A stretch of DNA of 64,000 bases from Tubulanus polymorphus (taxonomy: Eukaryota; Animalia; Nemertea), in the NCBI RefSeq assembly GCF_964204645.1, contig NC_134033.1, positions 3,182,131-3,246,130 of the forward strand, read 5' to 3'. Below the pieces are notes generated by a model. It was not told the DNA's origin, did not search any database, and was given only the letters and a program-made list of their open reading frames with translations. A program made the translations under genes and the position numbers. Position 1 is the first letter of the stretch; each line of letters opens with the position of its first letter. Shown piece after piece: positions 12,601-23,600 of this stretch.

Positions 12601-15600
12601 TGTTTATTTAATTAAAGGAGTCCAAAGGTTATTACTCGTGGTCTGATGGGAAACCGTTGAGTTACGCAGAATGGTTTGAACCTGCTGCTGTTAATGAAAC
12701 GATACCAGAAGTTATTCGAGGATTGATATCTCCGCTAAGAAAACATCCGATAAATGACGTCAATATGCCGTGTACGGCGATGATACTGAATAATCCACGA
12801 GGATCGGCGAACTGGGTTCGATTCCCGTGTCAAATCGAGGAGACGCACACGACATTCATTTGTGAAACAGAAAGAAACGATTTGAATACATCTTCACAAA
12901 ACGATACAACTGAAATAACTCGAAACAACTTTGAACGATTTAACTCCACGTGTCTAAGAGGGTGGATTCGTATAGAAGCGTATTGCTATCAAATACTTAC
13001 AGCCTGGCAAACGCTCCACACTGAAAGTTTAACAATCCAAACAGCCAGAGAAATGTGTCTTACAATCGGTGGAGACATAGGTATAATAACATCTGATATT
13101 GAAATTCAGCATTTGATAAATGTTTTCCACTATCAGCTTCAATATGGCGCTATACTGACTAATCATACAAGCGGAAGAATTGTGGCAATAAAACCAGTTG
13201 TAATTAGAGATTGGATAACATATTTTCAAACAGTGAAATGGTCAGTGACTGCCGTCGATAATGTCACAGATGAAGCGCATTCCGTGCTATGTTCCTATGA
13301 TGTAACTGGTGAAGAGTTAGCTTCTCTAAGCGGTTGTAAATCGTGGCAGTTTGAATGTAACGATCAAAGATGTATCAGCGACCATCGCGTATGCGATACA
13401 AGAAACGACTGTCAACACGGTGAAGATGAACTCGATTGTACGGATATCAATTTAAACAGTCAGTTCCGCTGTAACGATGGACAGGTTATATCGATTAGCG
13501 GTTTCTGTGACTTTATGAGAGATTGCGTCGATGGCTCGGATGAGAACTCGTGCTATCATATTTCATGTTCCTCTGATCAATTTAAGTGTAACGACGGACA
13601 ATGTGTGGGTAAATATAAACGATGTGATGGACTGGTCGATTGTCGAGATAAATCCGATGAGATCGGCTGCTCTTCGGACGAATGTAACGGGTTTTTGTGC
13701 GTAAATGGCGAATGTATCAGTTCTCTGTTGTATCGGGATGGTGTTGTAGATTGTGGCGGGGACCTCGAAGAAGATGAAATAGTAACGACCGATATAACAA
13801 TCAAACCACGAATTCACTGCATAACAGAGAACTACTGCACGACCAATTTCACTTCACTCTGTACCGAATCGGATAAACAAAGATGTTCATTCGATTCTCC
13901 TCATTGTTACGCGAGAAGAGATAGATGTATTTTAGAAAGAATGTCGACAGGTTTTCCTGTTTGTAGAAGACTCGAACATTTACTGAATTGTAATGAGTTT
14001 GAATGTGCAGCTGATACAGTGAAATGTCCATCGTCTTACTGTATACCGATTAGACACGTGTGCGATGGTCGATCAGATTGTCCCAATTCAGAAGATGAAT
14101 TCAATTGCGAAACGTTTTCGTGTCCGGGAATGTTTAAATGCGCTGACGAACATCGATGTATTCCTCAGTCGGAAGTTTGCGATGGCGTCGTTAATTGTAA
14201 ACATAACTCGGATGACGAGGCTTACTGCGACGTCACGTGTCCTAACTATTGTAATTGTCAAGGTCGTTTCATCGATTGTGAAAATACTTTTTTATCGGAT
14301 ATTTCTCGAATTTTTGCCGCGTCGACTCGAGTTTTGATTTTATCGAATAACCGAGTTAGATTCAATGAATCGACATTTTCCTCTTTTCTGTACCTTTTCT
14401 TACTCAATATTTCCCGTAATGATTTATCTGACATTGTCTCCAACGCGTTTTCTAATCTACGCAATCTAAATACATTAGATCTGTCGTATAATCGCCTAGT
14501 ATCACTACACGCTGATACATTCATTGGTTTAAACAGTTTGAAACAACTTTTACTCGCCGGAAATCCGCTGAGATATTTGAACGATGGAAGCTTCAATGGT
14601 TTGACGTCACTTCCGGTTATGGATCTCCAAGGTCTCTCTATATCGTTTCTTACTCGTAACGTATTCCGAGGTTTACCAGCGCTGAAATATTTGAATATCA
14701 GCAGTAACGTAATCGAATCAATATCCAGATACGCGTTTACTGGGCTGAGTTCACTGGGAGTTCTAGATTTCACCAACAATTCTCGGGTAATTTCTACGGA
14801 AAATTATATCTTCGATAATCTGACGTCTTTATATTTTCTCGCTTCGGACGCGTATAAATTCTGTTGTATGGCGCCGAATATTGACCGGTGTCTCCCGGAT
14901 CCTGATCAATTCTCATCGTGTTCAGACCTCATTGAGAACACTGTCCTCACAGCTGTTATCTGGATCATCGCTTGTTTTACATTCGTTTCCAATATTACCG
15001 TTATCTTATTTCGTTTTAGGTCGATTCGAGTCTCGTCAGAAACACAAAATAAATCGTCGGATATCCTCATCATTAATATCGCGCTTTGTGATTTCCTGAT
15101 GTCTGTTTATCTGTTTCTGATCGCTGCAACTGATCACGTTTATAAAGGTGTTTATTTTCTGAATTCTGAAACCTGGACTCGTAGTTCATTATGCAGTGTT
15201 GCCGGTATTGTGGTGACGATATCTTGCGAAGGCTCTTTAACATTTCTCCTTCTCCTCACGCGTTTCAGATATTCCAATATAATCGACCCATTTTCCGGTA
15301 ATCCGGTTTTATCCTCAAATATCATTTCGATTCTATCTTGTTTATGCTGGATATTTCTGAGTTTAATCGCCTTTCTGCCGCTGTCTCGGTCGTCGTATTT
15401 CGGTGATAATTTTTACGGTAGTACGGGTATCTGTTTACCTATGAATTTAATATCTATAGATGTCAATGGTTGGCAATATTCGTTCGCTATATTCGCTGTA
15501 TTAAACGCGATCATTCTCACTCTGATAATGATGTCGTACGCGCAGATGTACAAGTATGTATCCGGAAGCAGGTCCGGTTCGGGTAGAGCTGATCCTACAG

Positions 15601-15848
15601 AACTCGTTCTAGCTCGACGCAGTTTAGTCATCAATTTGTGTAATTTATTTTGCTGGCTACCGTTGATAATCGTTCAGTTTTGCGCCGTATTTTCGGTCGA
15701 GATACCGAACCAGGTGGCCGCTTGGCTGGCCGTTCTTTTCTTGCCGATAAACTCAACTCTGAACCCGCTTCTTTACACTATTCTAACTATCGATATGAAA
15801 TCCATACGAGCTCGAAATAAACGCAGAAAACGACAACCAATCAAATGA
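9630..15848 (+). CDS. GRL101: GRL101-like leucine-rich-repeat GPCR, copy 2, complete (~1936 aa); exons 9630-10862, 11110-12456, 12618-15848
   Basis: Signal peptide MTRSLLTLLLILLMKLSSVQT followed by a CUB domain (C....SGYIVSPNYP....C.W....C..NYL.I....CG...F.SD). Splice sites AAA|gtgagt, ttgcag|GTT, CAG|gtaaaa and taaag|GAG are all phase 0 and in frame. The rest is CTL, CTL-like, about 7 LDLa, LRR and 7TM, as in copy 1. Confidence 0.92.
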
Positions 15849-16579
15849 TGATAATACTGATGAATGATTATAACTTACTTCTTCTACAATGCAGCTTTAG
15901 TGATAACCGCTAGCTACACTTTATAAAAATCACGATCAGACATTACAAAAAAATACGAATTTTGAAAATATCACGATGAACCACAGTAAAGACAGCACCT
16001 ACCAAACGAGGCTTCTGATGATCGTCTCTCCGGTAATATCCAGTTTACAATTATTGAAATTTTCCTAAGAAAAATCCCAAATATATTTGGGATTTTTCTT
16101 TTCTAAATAAGCTCAGGCTGCACAAATTCGATCACTCTGTGCCTGCTTTTCGTTCGATTAAGACGCAAATAAACTAGTAGCAGAAATTGACGAAATCGTT
16201 CATATTTTCAGACTTGGAAAATAGCAACTAGAAATTCTGTTGCTTAAATGGTTGACAACCCTAAAATGTTGGAGAACCCGGGAGAACCTGGGTATTCTAG
16301 GGTTGTTACACCTAACTGATAAATCTTTATATCGGAGCCTTGTAACAAGGTTCCACTGTTCTAACTTAATCGGTGTATAACTCAAATTCTCAATTATGAT
16401 ATTGTTTCTATTGTGTACTTGAAATTAACTACGATACTTAATATTAATTTGCGTGCAGAAAATCCGAAAATAGATTTATTCCAGATGTTGAAATGCTAAG
16501 TTCTGCGCTCATATATGTCCCGTTAAAGTGACATTCGTCCAAGAAGTCTGTAAGGGTCTAAATCTTAATCCTGGTGGGC

Positions 16580-17135
16580 TCGTAACGGTTCGAATCCTGT
16601 TTTTTTCTCAGCGTCCTAGAGAAATGGGTTTGAATCCTGCATTTTCCTCGGTGAACAAGAAAAATAAGGGAATGCACGGGTTCGAATCCTACATTTTCCT
16701 CGGTGTCCAAGAGAGTTGGGCATGCAATGGTACGAATTCTACATTATCTTTAACGTCCAGGAGAAGCGGCCTTTTGCGAGGGTTAGAATCTTATCCTCAG
16801 CGTACAAGAGAAGTGGGAATGCACGGGTTCGAAATCCTACATTTTCCCCAAGTGTCCAAGAGGTCCAAGGGTTCGAATCCTACATTATCTTCAGCGTTCA
16901 AGAGAAGTGGGCTTGCGAGGGTTCCAATCCAACATCATCATCAGCGTCCAAGAGAATTGGGTTGGCAAAGGTTCGAATCCAACATCATCCTTGGCGATAG
17001 AGAGAAGTGGGCTTGCAAGGGTTCGAATCCTGTTCTCCCCAGCCTCACAAGAGAGGCAGGCTTGCAAGGGTTTGAAGTCTAAATCATCCTAGGCGTCCAA
17101 GAGAGTTGGGCTTGCGAGGGTTCGAATCCTAAGTG
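16580..17135. repeat. 50-bp minisatellite (~12 units), each with a Pol III B-box-like GGTTCGAATCC
   Basis: GGTTCGAATCC or a variant recurs at about 16588, 16627, 16679, 16729, 16781, 16826, 16870, 16920, 16970, 17020, 17069 and 17119. Confidence 0.85.
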
Positions 17136-17488
17136 TTCCTTGACGTCCAGAAAGGCTGCAACATACATAGTCCTTATCAGGAATACAATAAAACAGACGA
17201 ATCGAAATCAATATTATTTATTTCATTCCGAACCGCCACCTAGCGACACGATTTAACATCGAATATCAGAATGTAGCTCCTTTCGAGTCTTTAATGCTGA
17301 AGTGATGATGCAGTCATCTGTGATATGTCTCGTTTGCTGGAGCTGAAGATGTATAAAATAACCAAAAAGTTATCATCAGATATGATCACAGAATGGTCAA
17401 TAACCAAACTCCCAAAGTGGTCTTAAAACTATTTTAACTGGTTTAAGTCCAAAGTTTCACTGTAATACATCCGTCTTAAGTGTAGAGC

Positions 17489-17685
17489 AGTTCTAGTCAG
17501 ATCTCGGTGTTCTAGTCAGTTTTGCTGGTAGAGGTATTCTAGTCGGTTGTGGTAGCGGTGTTCTAGTCGGTTGTGGTAGCGGTGTTCTAGCCAGTTGTGG
17601 TAGCGGTGTTCTAGCCAGTTGTGGTAGCGGTGTTCTAGTCAGTTGTGATAGCGGTGTTCTAGTCGGTTGTGGTAGCGGTGTTCTA
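17489..17685. repeat. 24-bp minisatellite (GTGTTCTAGTCRGTTGTGGTAGCG)n
   Basis: About 8 visible tandem units. Confidence 0.9.
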
Positions 17686-17686
17686 A

Positions 17687-18600
17687 ATGACTTCGGCACG
17701 AAATGACTTCAAAATAAAACGGTGCGAAACGACTTCAAAATAAATCGGCGCGCGAGATGACTTCAAAATAAAACGGCGCGCGAGATGACTTCAAAATAAA
17801 ACGGCGCGCGAGATGACTTCAACATGAAACGGCGCGCGAGATTACTTCCTGCGCGAAATGACTTCAAAATGAAACGGCGCGCGAGACGAAGTTACTTAGT
17901 CTCTTCTTACGCCGATGTAGGGCAGACCTCATCGAAGTCTTCACAACCTCACTCGAAACTACTACAAGTCTCCAATGACCGATAGTTCACCTAATACTAG
18001 ATAATCGAACCAGAACAAGAGCGAACTCGTTAAAGCTACTGACACACTCCGAGCTATGTTTTTTTCTGCCAATGGAACAGTTTGCCAAATCAGGTCGCTA
18101 TCAGCACACATCAGTCGACTGTTTTAAAGCTGGATAAGCGTTGTAAAGGACTTGTACCGGGTTAAAAGCAATCGCATCGTGTACTACATGGCACTCCGTA
18201 CAGTTTAATAACTTACTGTGAATATATATGTTTCGTGGCTATAACTCAGGAAGAAGTCATCCATGCGCTCTCTCTCTCGCAGTTAATACTCCGTATCGCA
18301 CAAGACCCGAAAGGGTTATTTGTGGCACCTGTCGTTAGCTGGTAAAATGAAACTTCTCGAGATGACTCCAAAATGATACGGCGTGAAAATGACTTCAAAA
18401 CAAAACGGTACGAGACGACTTCAAAATAAAACGACGCGAGATGACTTCAAAATGCGTGAGATGACTTGAAAATGAAACGGCGTGAGATGACTTGAAAATG
18501 AAACGGCGTTAGTTGACTTCAAAAAGTAACACGGCGTGACATGACTTCAAAATAAAACGGCATGAGATGACTTCAGAAAGTAAAATGGTGCGAGATGACT
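17687..18600. repeat. Two blocks (17687-17888, 18359-18600) of a ~26-28-bp minisatellite ATGACTTCAAAATAAAACGGCGCG(CG)AG
   Basis: Tandem units are visible on both sides of a unique ~470-bp segment. Confidence 0.85.
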
Positions 18601-20587
18601 AAAACGACTCAACGTGAACTAAATGGCTCGATTAAGACATCGCGCGCAAGAATCTCAAAACCAATCGGGGAAAAATCGACGCCTTTTAGCAAGCGGTTTT
18701 TGTCGATTCATTTTAAGAGTTTAACCAGACGAAGCTGTAGAGTTGAAAAAGAGAGCACCAGTATCAAACTGACAACAATTACACCCAAAAACTGAAAAAA
18801 AGTGGGACAGGGCGACGGTGCGAACATGAATATACAAGGTTCTCGGTTCTCAACCGGAGCCCAACATCAATCCGGATTCCAGTAAACCCGTTACAAATTA
18901 CCTTGAAACACCTGTCTGCCACTCTGGGAGTTTTCACTTTGGGCCTATAGGGGGCGCTAAATACGGGGTATTCGTTTAGAAGGAAAATCGTCAAATATAT
19001 TGCAAATTTACCTTAAAAGGTTTTTGATCTATTGTACGTCAGCATAGCATGGTTTCATATGTATACGCTTATGCATGAATCGTTTCCGATATGTTTTGCA
19101 AACTCAGGCAAGCTATACCCAAAAATGCCCAAAGATTGATTTCTAGACGTCATGCAGTCAGTTGGATGGTTGACTAATACCAGTAACCTAGTGGCTAAAT
19201 ACCAGTCACCAGGCCCTGTTCGATGTTGGGTCTCTAATCCAACACTAAGCCCTAATACCAGTAACCGATTGACTAAATACCAGTCACCAGGCCCTGTTCG
19301 ATGTTGGGTCTCTAATCCAACACTAAGTCCTAATACCTATACTTATCCAGGCGTATGAGTACCTAAATGTTCTAAGTTCAACCCATCAAATCTCACCAAA
19401 GTAACACTTAACTTACAAACTGTTAACTAATTCTAGTTTTTAGTGGGAACGAATTGTAAAGTACATTTATACAATAGGCAAGAAAAGAATTAACAACTGA
19501 AATTATGTTTTAGTTGAGGATCGACTAACTAGCTAAATTACTAACATCGATTCTATTCTATGAATCAGTGCAAATAGAAGAAGACATATCATACAGGTCG
19601 TACCGGAGTTTTTCAAGCCACTTTGTTATCTCGTCATTTAGCTTCGGGTTCGATCTTCCGTGGCCCGGGGGTCTTGTTCTTCTCACTGAAATCATGGACG
19701 TATCAACTCAGAGTTGATAAGTCCACGCTGGTTTATTTTTTACCTTATTCAATCCGGAACACTTTGTTTTTCGTCGCTCGGCGGTGAGGCGAGTCTGACG
19801 TATCGTCCATGTAGAGCCGTCAACCAATGACCTATATATTTTTGCAACCTAACCTAGGCTATTTTTTCCTAAATCTAAACCTATAAAACATAATTTCAGC
19901 CGCTAATGTTAAATAAAGTTCCACTTACCTTACAGCGACCTTGCGAAGCGATGAACCAGCGATTCCAGAAACTCGATTAATAATCCTCCAATTTAAGTCA
20001 ATTTAATCCTTCGATTTCGAGGCAATTTTGAAGTCATTTTTAAATTCCGTGTCCCTGAGTTAAAACTAGAATTGTATTTACATAAATAGTTCGCATGAGC
20101 TCAGTTGGCGAATGCTCTAATATTCCGTGAAATTTTTTTAAACGTATGTCCTGTGTACACAGGGCAACCACATAGACTTCACAAGATAGAATTTCTAAAA
20201 GTTCAATGACGACTTGTGCGAGCGCCCAACAACTTTTAACTGACCTCTCAAATTTTGTACGCGGTTATGATTGGCTGCATCGTCAATAACCGAAATATGA
20301 CTAAGGAGGGATTAATACAGGCCGCCGGTCAAAGGCATTCTCCGTTCGGGCCAGTAGAGAGACAAGTGTTTAGCGTAGCTGCGGATTTTAAAATTTTTCA
20401 TGAATCGATAAGCAGTAGAAATGCACATTCAAATGAGGGGAATAAGATTGGTTATAGAACTAAATTTTAAGTTTTAAGCCACTAGGCACTCAGCATCCGG
20501 CGCGAACCTTAATGCATTGCATTTTTCAATATAGCGCATTTACATTGAATTTAACCGTACGGTACTGCCACCTTCCTTAATATCACC

Positions 20588-20601
20588 GTTTCCTTGGTTA
20601 C
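20588..20601. promoter_or_regulatory. RFX X-box just upstream of the XRRA1 start codon
   Basis: GTTTCCTTGGTTAC (reverse complement GTAACCAAGGAAAC) fits the X-box palindrome and ends 11 bp before the ATG. A YY1-like AAGATGGCGGC overlaps the ATG. Confidence 0.6.
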
Positions 20602-20612
20602 GGCTATACAAG

Positions 20613-23600
20613 ATGGCGGCGAAACCAGGGATGGCTGGGATAAAATACGACGATGGTTCGGCTACTTTCGCCATCAACTGCTTCCCTGTTCGAACGATCT
20701 TGAAACAAAGCGAAGAAGGTGATTTTTAACTGGCGGAAAACTCTCCCGATAAATAAAACTGTCATCATCATAAGATATGTCAAAAAATTTTTAAAATCAA
20801 AAAGATAGAATTTATGACTGACTGGACTCCTTCAGTCCTTGCTTGCTGCTTAAGCCTTTGGTTGCTGACCAGACCTGACCATCCTCCGCTCCCGATAGGC
20901 AGGGATTCGAACCTGGATGGCATCGCTAGACTCAACAGCACAAAACCCTGCCACACTAGACTGTGACCGGGTGCGCAGGTTTGTCGCACGTAAACTTGCG
21001 GCACCAATCTCAGGCTGAGACAACTTTCACGGATAAACTATGAATGGCAAAATCTGGGCTAAAATAAAACAGGATTTCCGATTGGCTGGTAATGACATCA
21101 TCTTGGTTACGACTCGCTCAGGGCTTCCGGGTTCGAATCCCTGCCGAGGAGGTTCCTGACTTTTGCCCCCAACTCTGGGACTTTTCATCTTCTTCGACTT
21201 TTACCCTTGTCCGATCAGTCCACTCCATCCAGTCGCTAAGACAATCTGCGCTGGCGGATATAGGAATTTTAAGTTGGCCAATGTCTAAAGTTAATTTATT
21301 TTCGATTGGCATCAATTGTTTTGGGATATTTCTCTTCATTTTCGGCGCGCATACCTCAAAACGGTCTTAATCGGATCAGTTGTGCAGCTAGATCATCGTA
21401 ATTACTAATTTAAATCAATTCACCGCAGTGCAGTGTACTAGCAAAATCCATCACTGATTCGTACACTGCGGTGTAGACGCACTAAAAGGGTTAAATCTTA
21501 AGTTTTAGGACCAGTTTTGGACTTAAGTCTCAAGCCTAAGCGGTTGTTTCTAGTGTTTATGACCAGTTTTACACTTTAATCCGGTAAGGCTACGTATTTG
21601 TGTTTCATTTGAAGGAGCTCATCGAATTGATATACGATTGCCTTTCTCTCTCAGTATATGGTATTGATTTCACTGAAAATTGATTTACTAATCAGAAAAT
21701 TTGACCCGAATTTCATTGAAATGTAGAATAAAAGGAAGCGCGGTAACCCAGTGCCACTAGCGACACCTGGGGGATTATCGCGGAATCCTCGCTTCCCTCA
21801 GTAGCCTCGCCGGTATCCCATCGGTCGATTACGATTAGTTAAGTTCTTTTTCAATTTTTTTCGGTTCCAGGCGAAGGCGCGTGGTTAGTAGAACAGAGGA
21901 CCGAACAACGCCGTCGTTTCAAAGCCGTCCTCTGCACGAAACCGCCGAAAACTTACTCGCAAATAAGAGAGGAACGAAAACGTGCGGAACGTCGCGAGAA
22001 GCAGACGCAGGACGACGACGATGATAACGAAGAGGACGATGACGGCGAAGAGGCTAACGTTCTAGACGGATTTTTTTTAGTAGGTTTTTCGGTGTGATCG
22101 ATTGAGACTGCGTTCGGGGAGTCGATTGCCTTGGATAATTAATCCAAATCATTCGTGCGTCGTCTGCCCTGGAACAAATTGCGTTTTGAATCTTCTTAAT
22201 TTTTAACGTAGTGGATATTTAGCCACATATGGCAAAAGTATAAGTAACAATAAAATCATTTTATTGGATTTAGGTTTGTTTTTCGATAGGGTCAGGGTCT
22301 AGAGGACCCAGCGGGTTAGGGTTAGGATTAGGGTCCGTTTTACACCTAGGGATAGGGTCGGGGTAAGGTTGAGTTCTGTACGCCATATTGAAACTTACGG
22401 ATGGTTTGTAAGGAGCTCGATGGTCTAGTGGAAAGACGCTACGCAATAAAAGTGAGTTACGGTATACAATCCGCGATTCCGATGTACCCTATTGCGCATG
22501 CTCATACTTTGAAAGCAAAATGGCGGCTTTTTCAATCGGATTTAGGGTCTAGAGGTTCCAGAGGTTAGGGTCCGGGGGGTAAGGGTCCAGAGGGTCCAAC
22601 GGGATAGGATTAGGGTAAGGTGAGGTATTATATCTAGTTAAAACATTCGGTTGGTTTTCAGCGAGCTCGGTGGTCTAGTGGGCAGACGTTATGCTAGTAA
22701 TTTACAGGCCCGGGTTCGAGTCTCTCTCTCTATCCGCTCTATTTTCTCTAACTCTGTTCTCAACTCTTTCCTTGAATTTTCTAAGTCGCGCACCTCAGTG
22801 CGCATGCGCGGCGTAAATCAGCCAAACAGCGACGATGTACGGTAAAATAGCGAAGGTAAACACTATGCCGTATATGGTAAAATATCCATTGGGAATTTGT
22901 TAAGAGTCGGTTTTAATCTTATTATCTGCCAGGTATTCTCCGCGTCTGCCATTCGAATTGCGACGTTAATCGTTTGCGTATCGTTTTCTAGATGAAACAC
23001 ACGTGCGTACAGGATCCGTCCGATTTGTGCTCGGTGAATATCGTCGGTAAAGAATTGAGCGAATACAAAGAGGAAGATCTCGCGTTGTTCGACAACGTCG
23101 CGTACGTGAACGCCGCGGAGAATTACCTACCGCTCGGTGAGTACGACCGTCAGACTCCGCTCGAGTCGGATCTCAGAGAGAGAGAGATACCGTGTACTGT
23201 TCACAAACACAGTTTTACAAACAGGGTTAACAGGGTTTCTGTGCGTCTACACCGCAGTGCGGTGTATGAATCAGTAATTAATAATTAGTTTTTTTCTCTA
23301 TTGAAAGATGGCAGCACCTGTCAAACATAGTGAAATATTAGTAACTAACGATACACCGCACAACGGTGTAGACGCACTTTAGTGGTATTCCCGTTATTCA
23401 ACACACTAGGGCGGAATTTTCAAAATTTTTAAATTATCTCCAGCACTATAGGGTATTGATTAGTCAGCACTGAAAGGGTCAAACAAACAGTTAATAGACA
23501 ACCTGACGATCCCGCAGTGCAGTGTACTAGCAAATCCATCACCGATTCATACACCGCACAGTGGTGTAGACGCACTGAAAGGGTTAATGTACCCCCGATG

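Larger units (their letters stand above)
17195..20362 (-). ncRNA. Candidate spliced lncRNA divergent from XRRA1 (snoRNA-host-like architecture)
   Basis: Chain of short exons bounded by AG/GT on -: 20054-19929 (ends AAG|gtaagt), 19831-19744, 19685-~19604, 18944-18902, 17990-17911, and a last exon from 17342 with AATAAA at 17222-17217. There is no long ORF after splicing. A pyrimidine-rich CTTGTCTCTCT start lies near 20360 with TATCGAT about 45 bp upstream. Confidence 0.5.

Noticed and set aside
1999-15634. Alternative-frame and antisense ORFs overlapping the GPCR exons (e.g. 3303..3836, 14258..14779)
   Set aside because: Shadow ORFs of the real CDS. Their duplication only reflects the gene duplication.
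16528-17699. ORFs of 184, 94 and 68 aa across the minisatellites
   Set aside because: Repetitive translations of tandem repeats with non-ATG starts.
18305-18322. TAACCCT as a telomerase RNA template in the structured island
   Set aside because: Only 7 nt long, not the ~1.5 repeats needed, and sequestered in a hairpin. No CR4/5-like element was seen.
18035-18340. RNase P/MRP RNA, suggested by end pairing
   Set aside because: The conserved CR-I and CR-V (P4) motifs are absent.
22660-22730. Functional tRNA gene (also 41378-41460)
   Set aside because: A- and B-boxes are present, but the acceptor and anticodon stems do not pair. Treated as SINE-derived.
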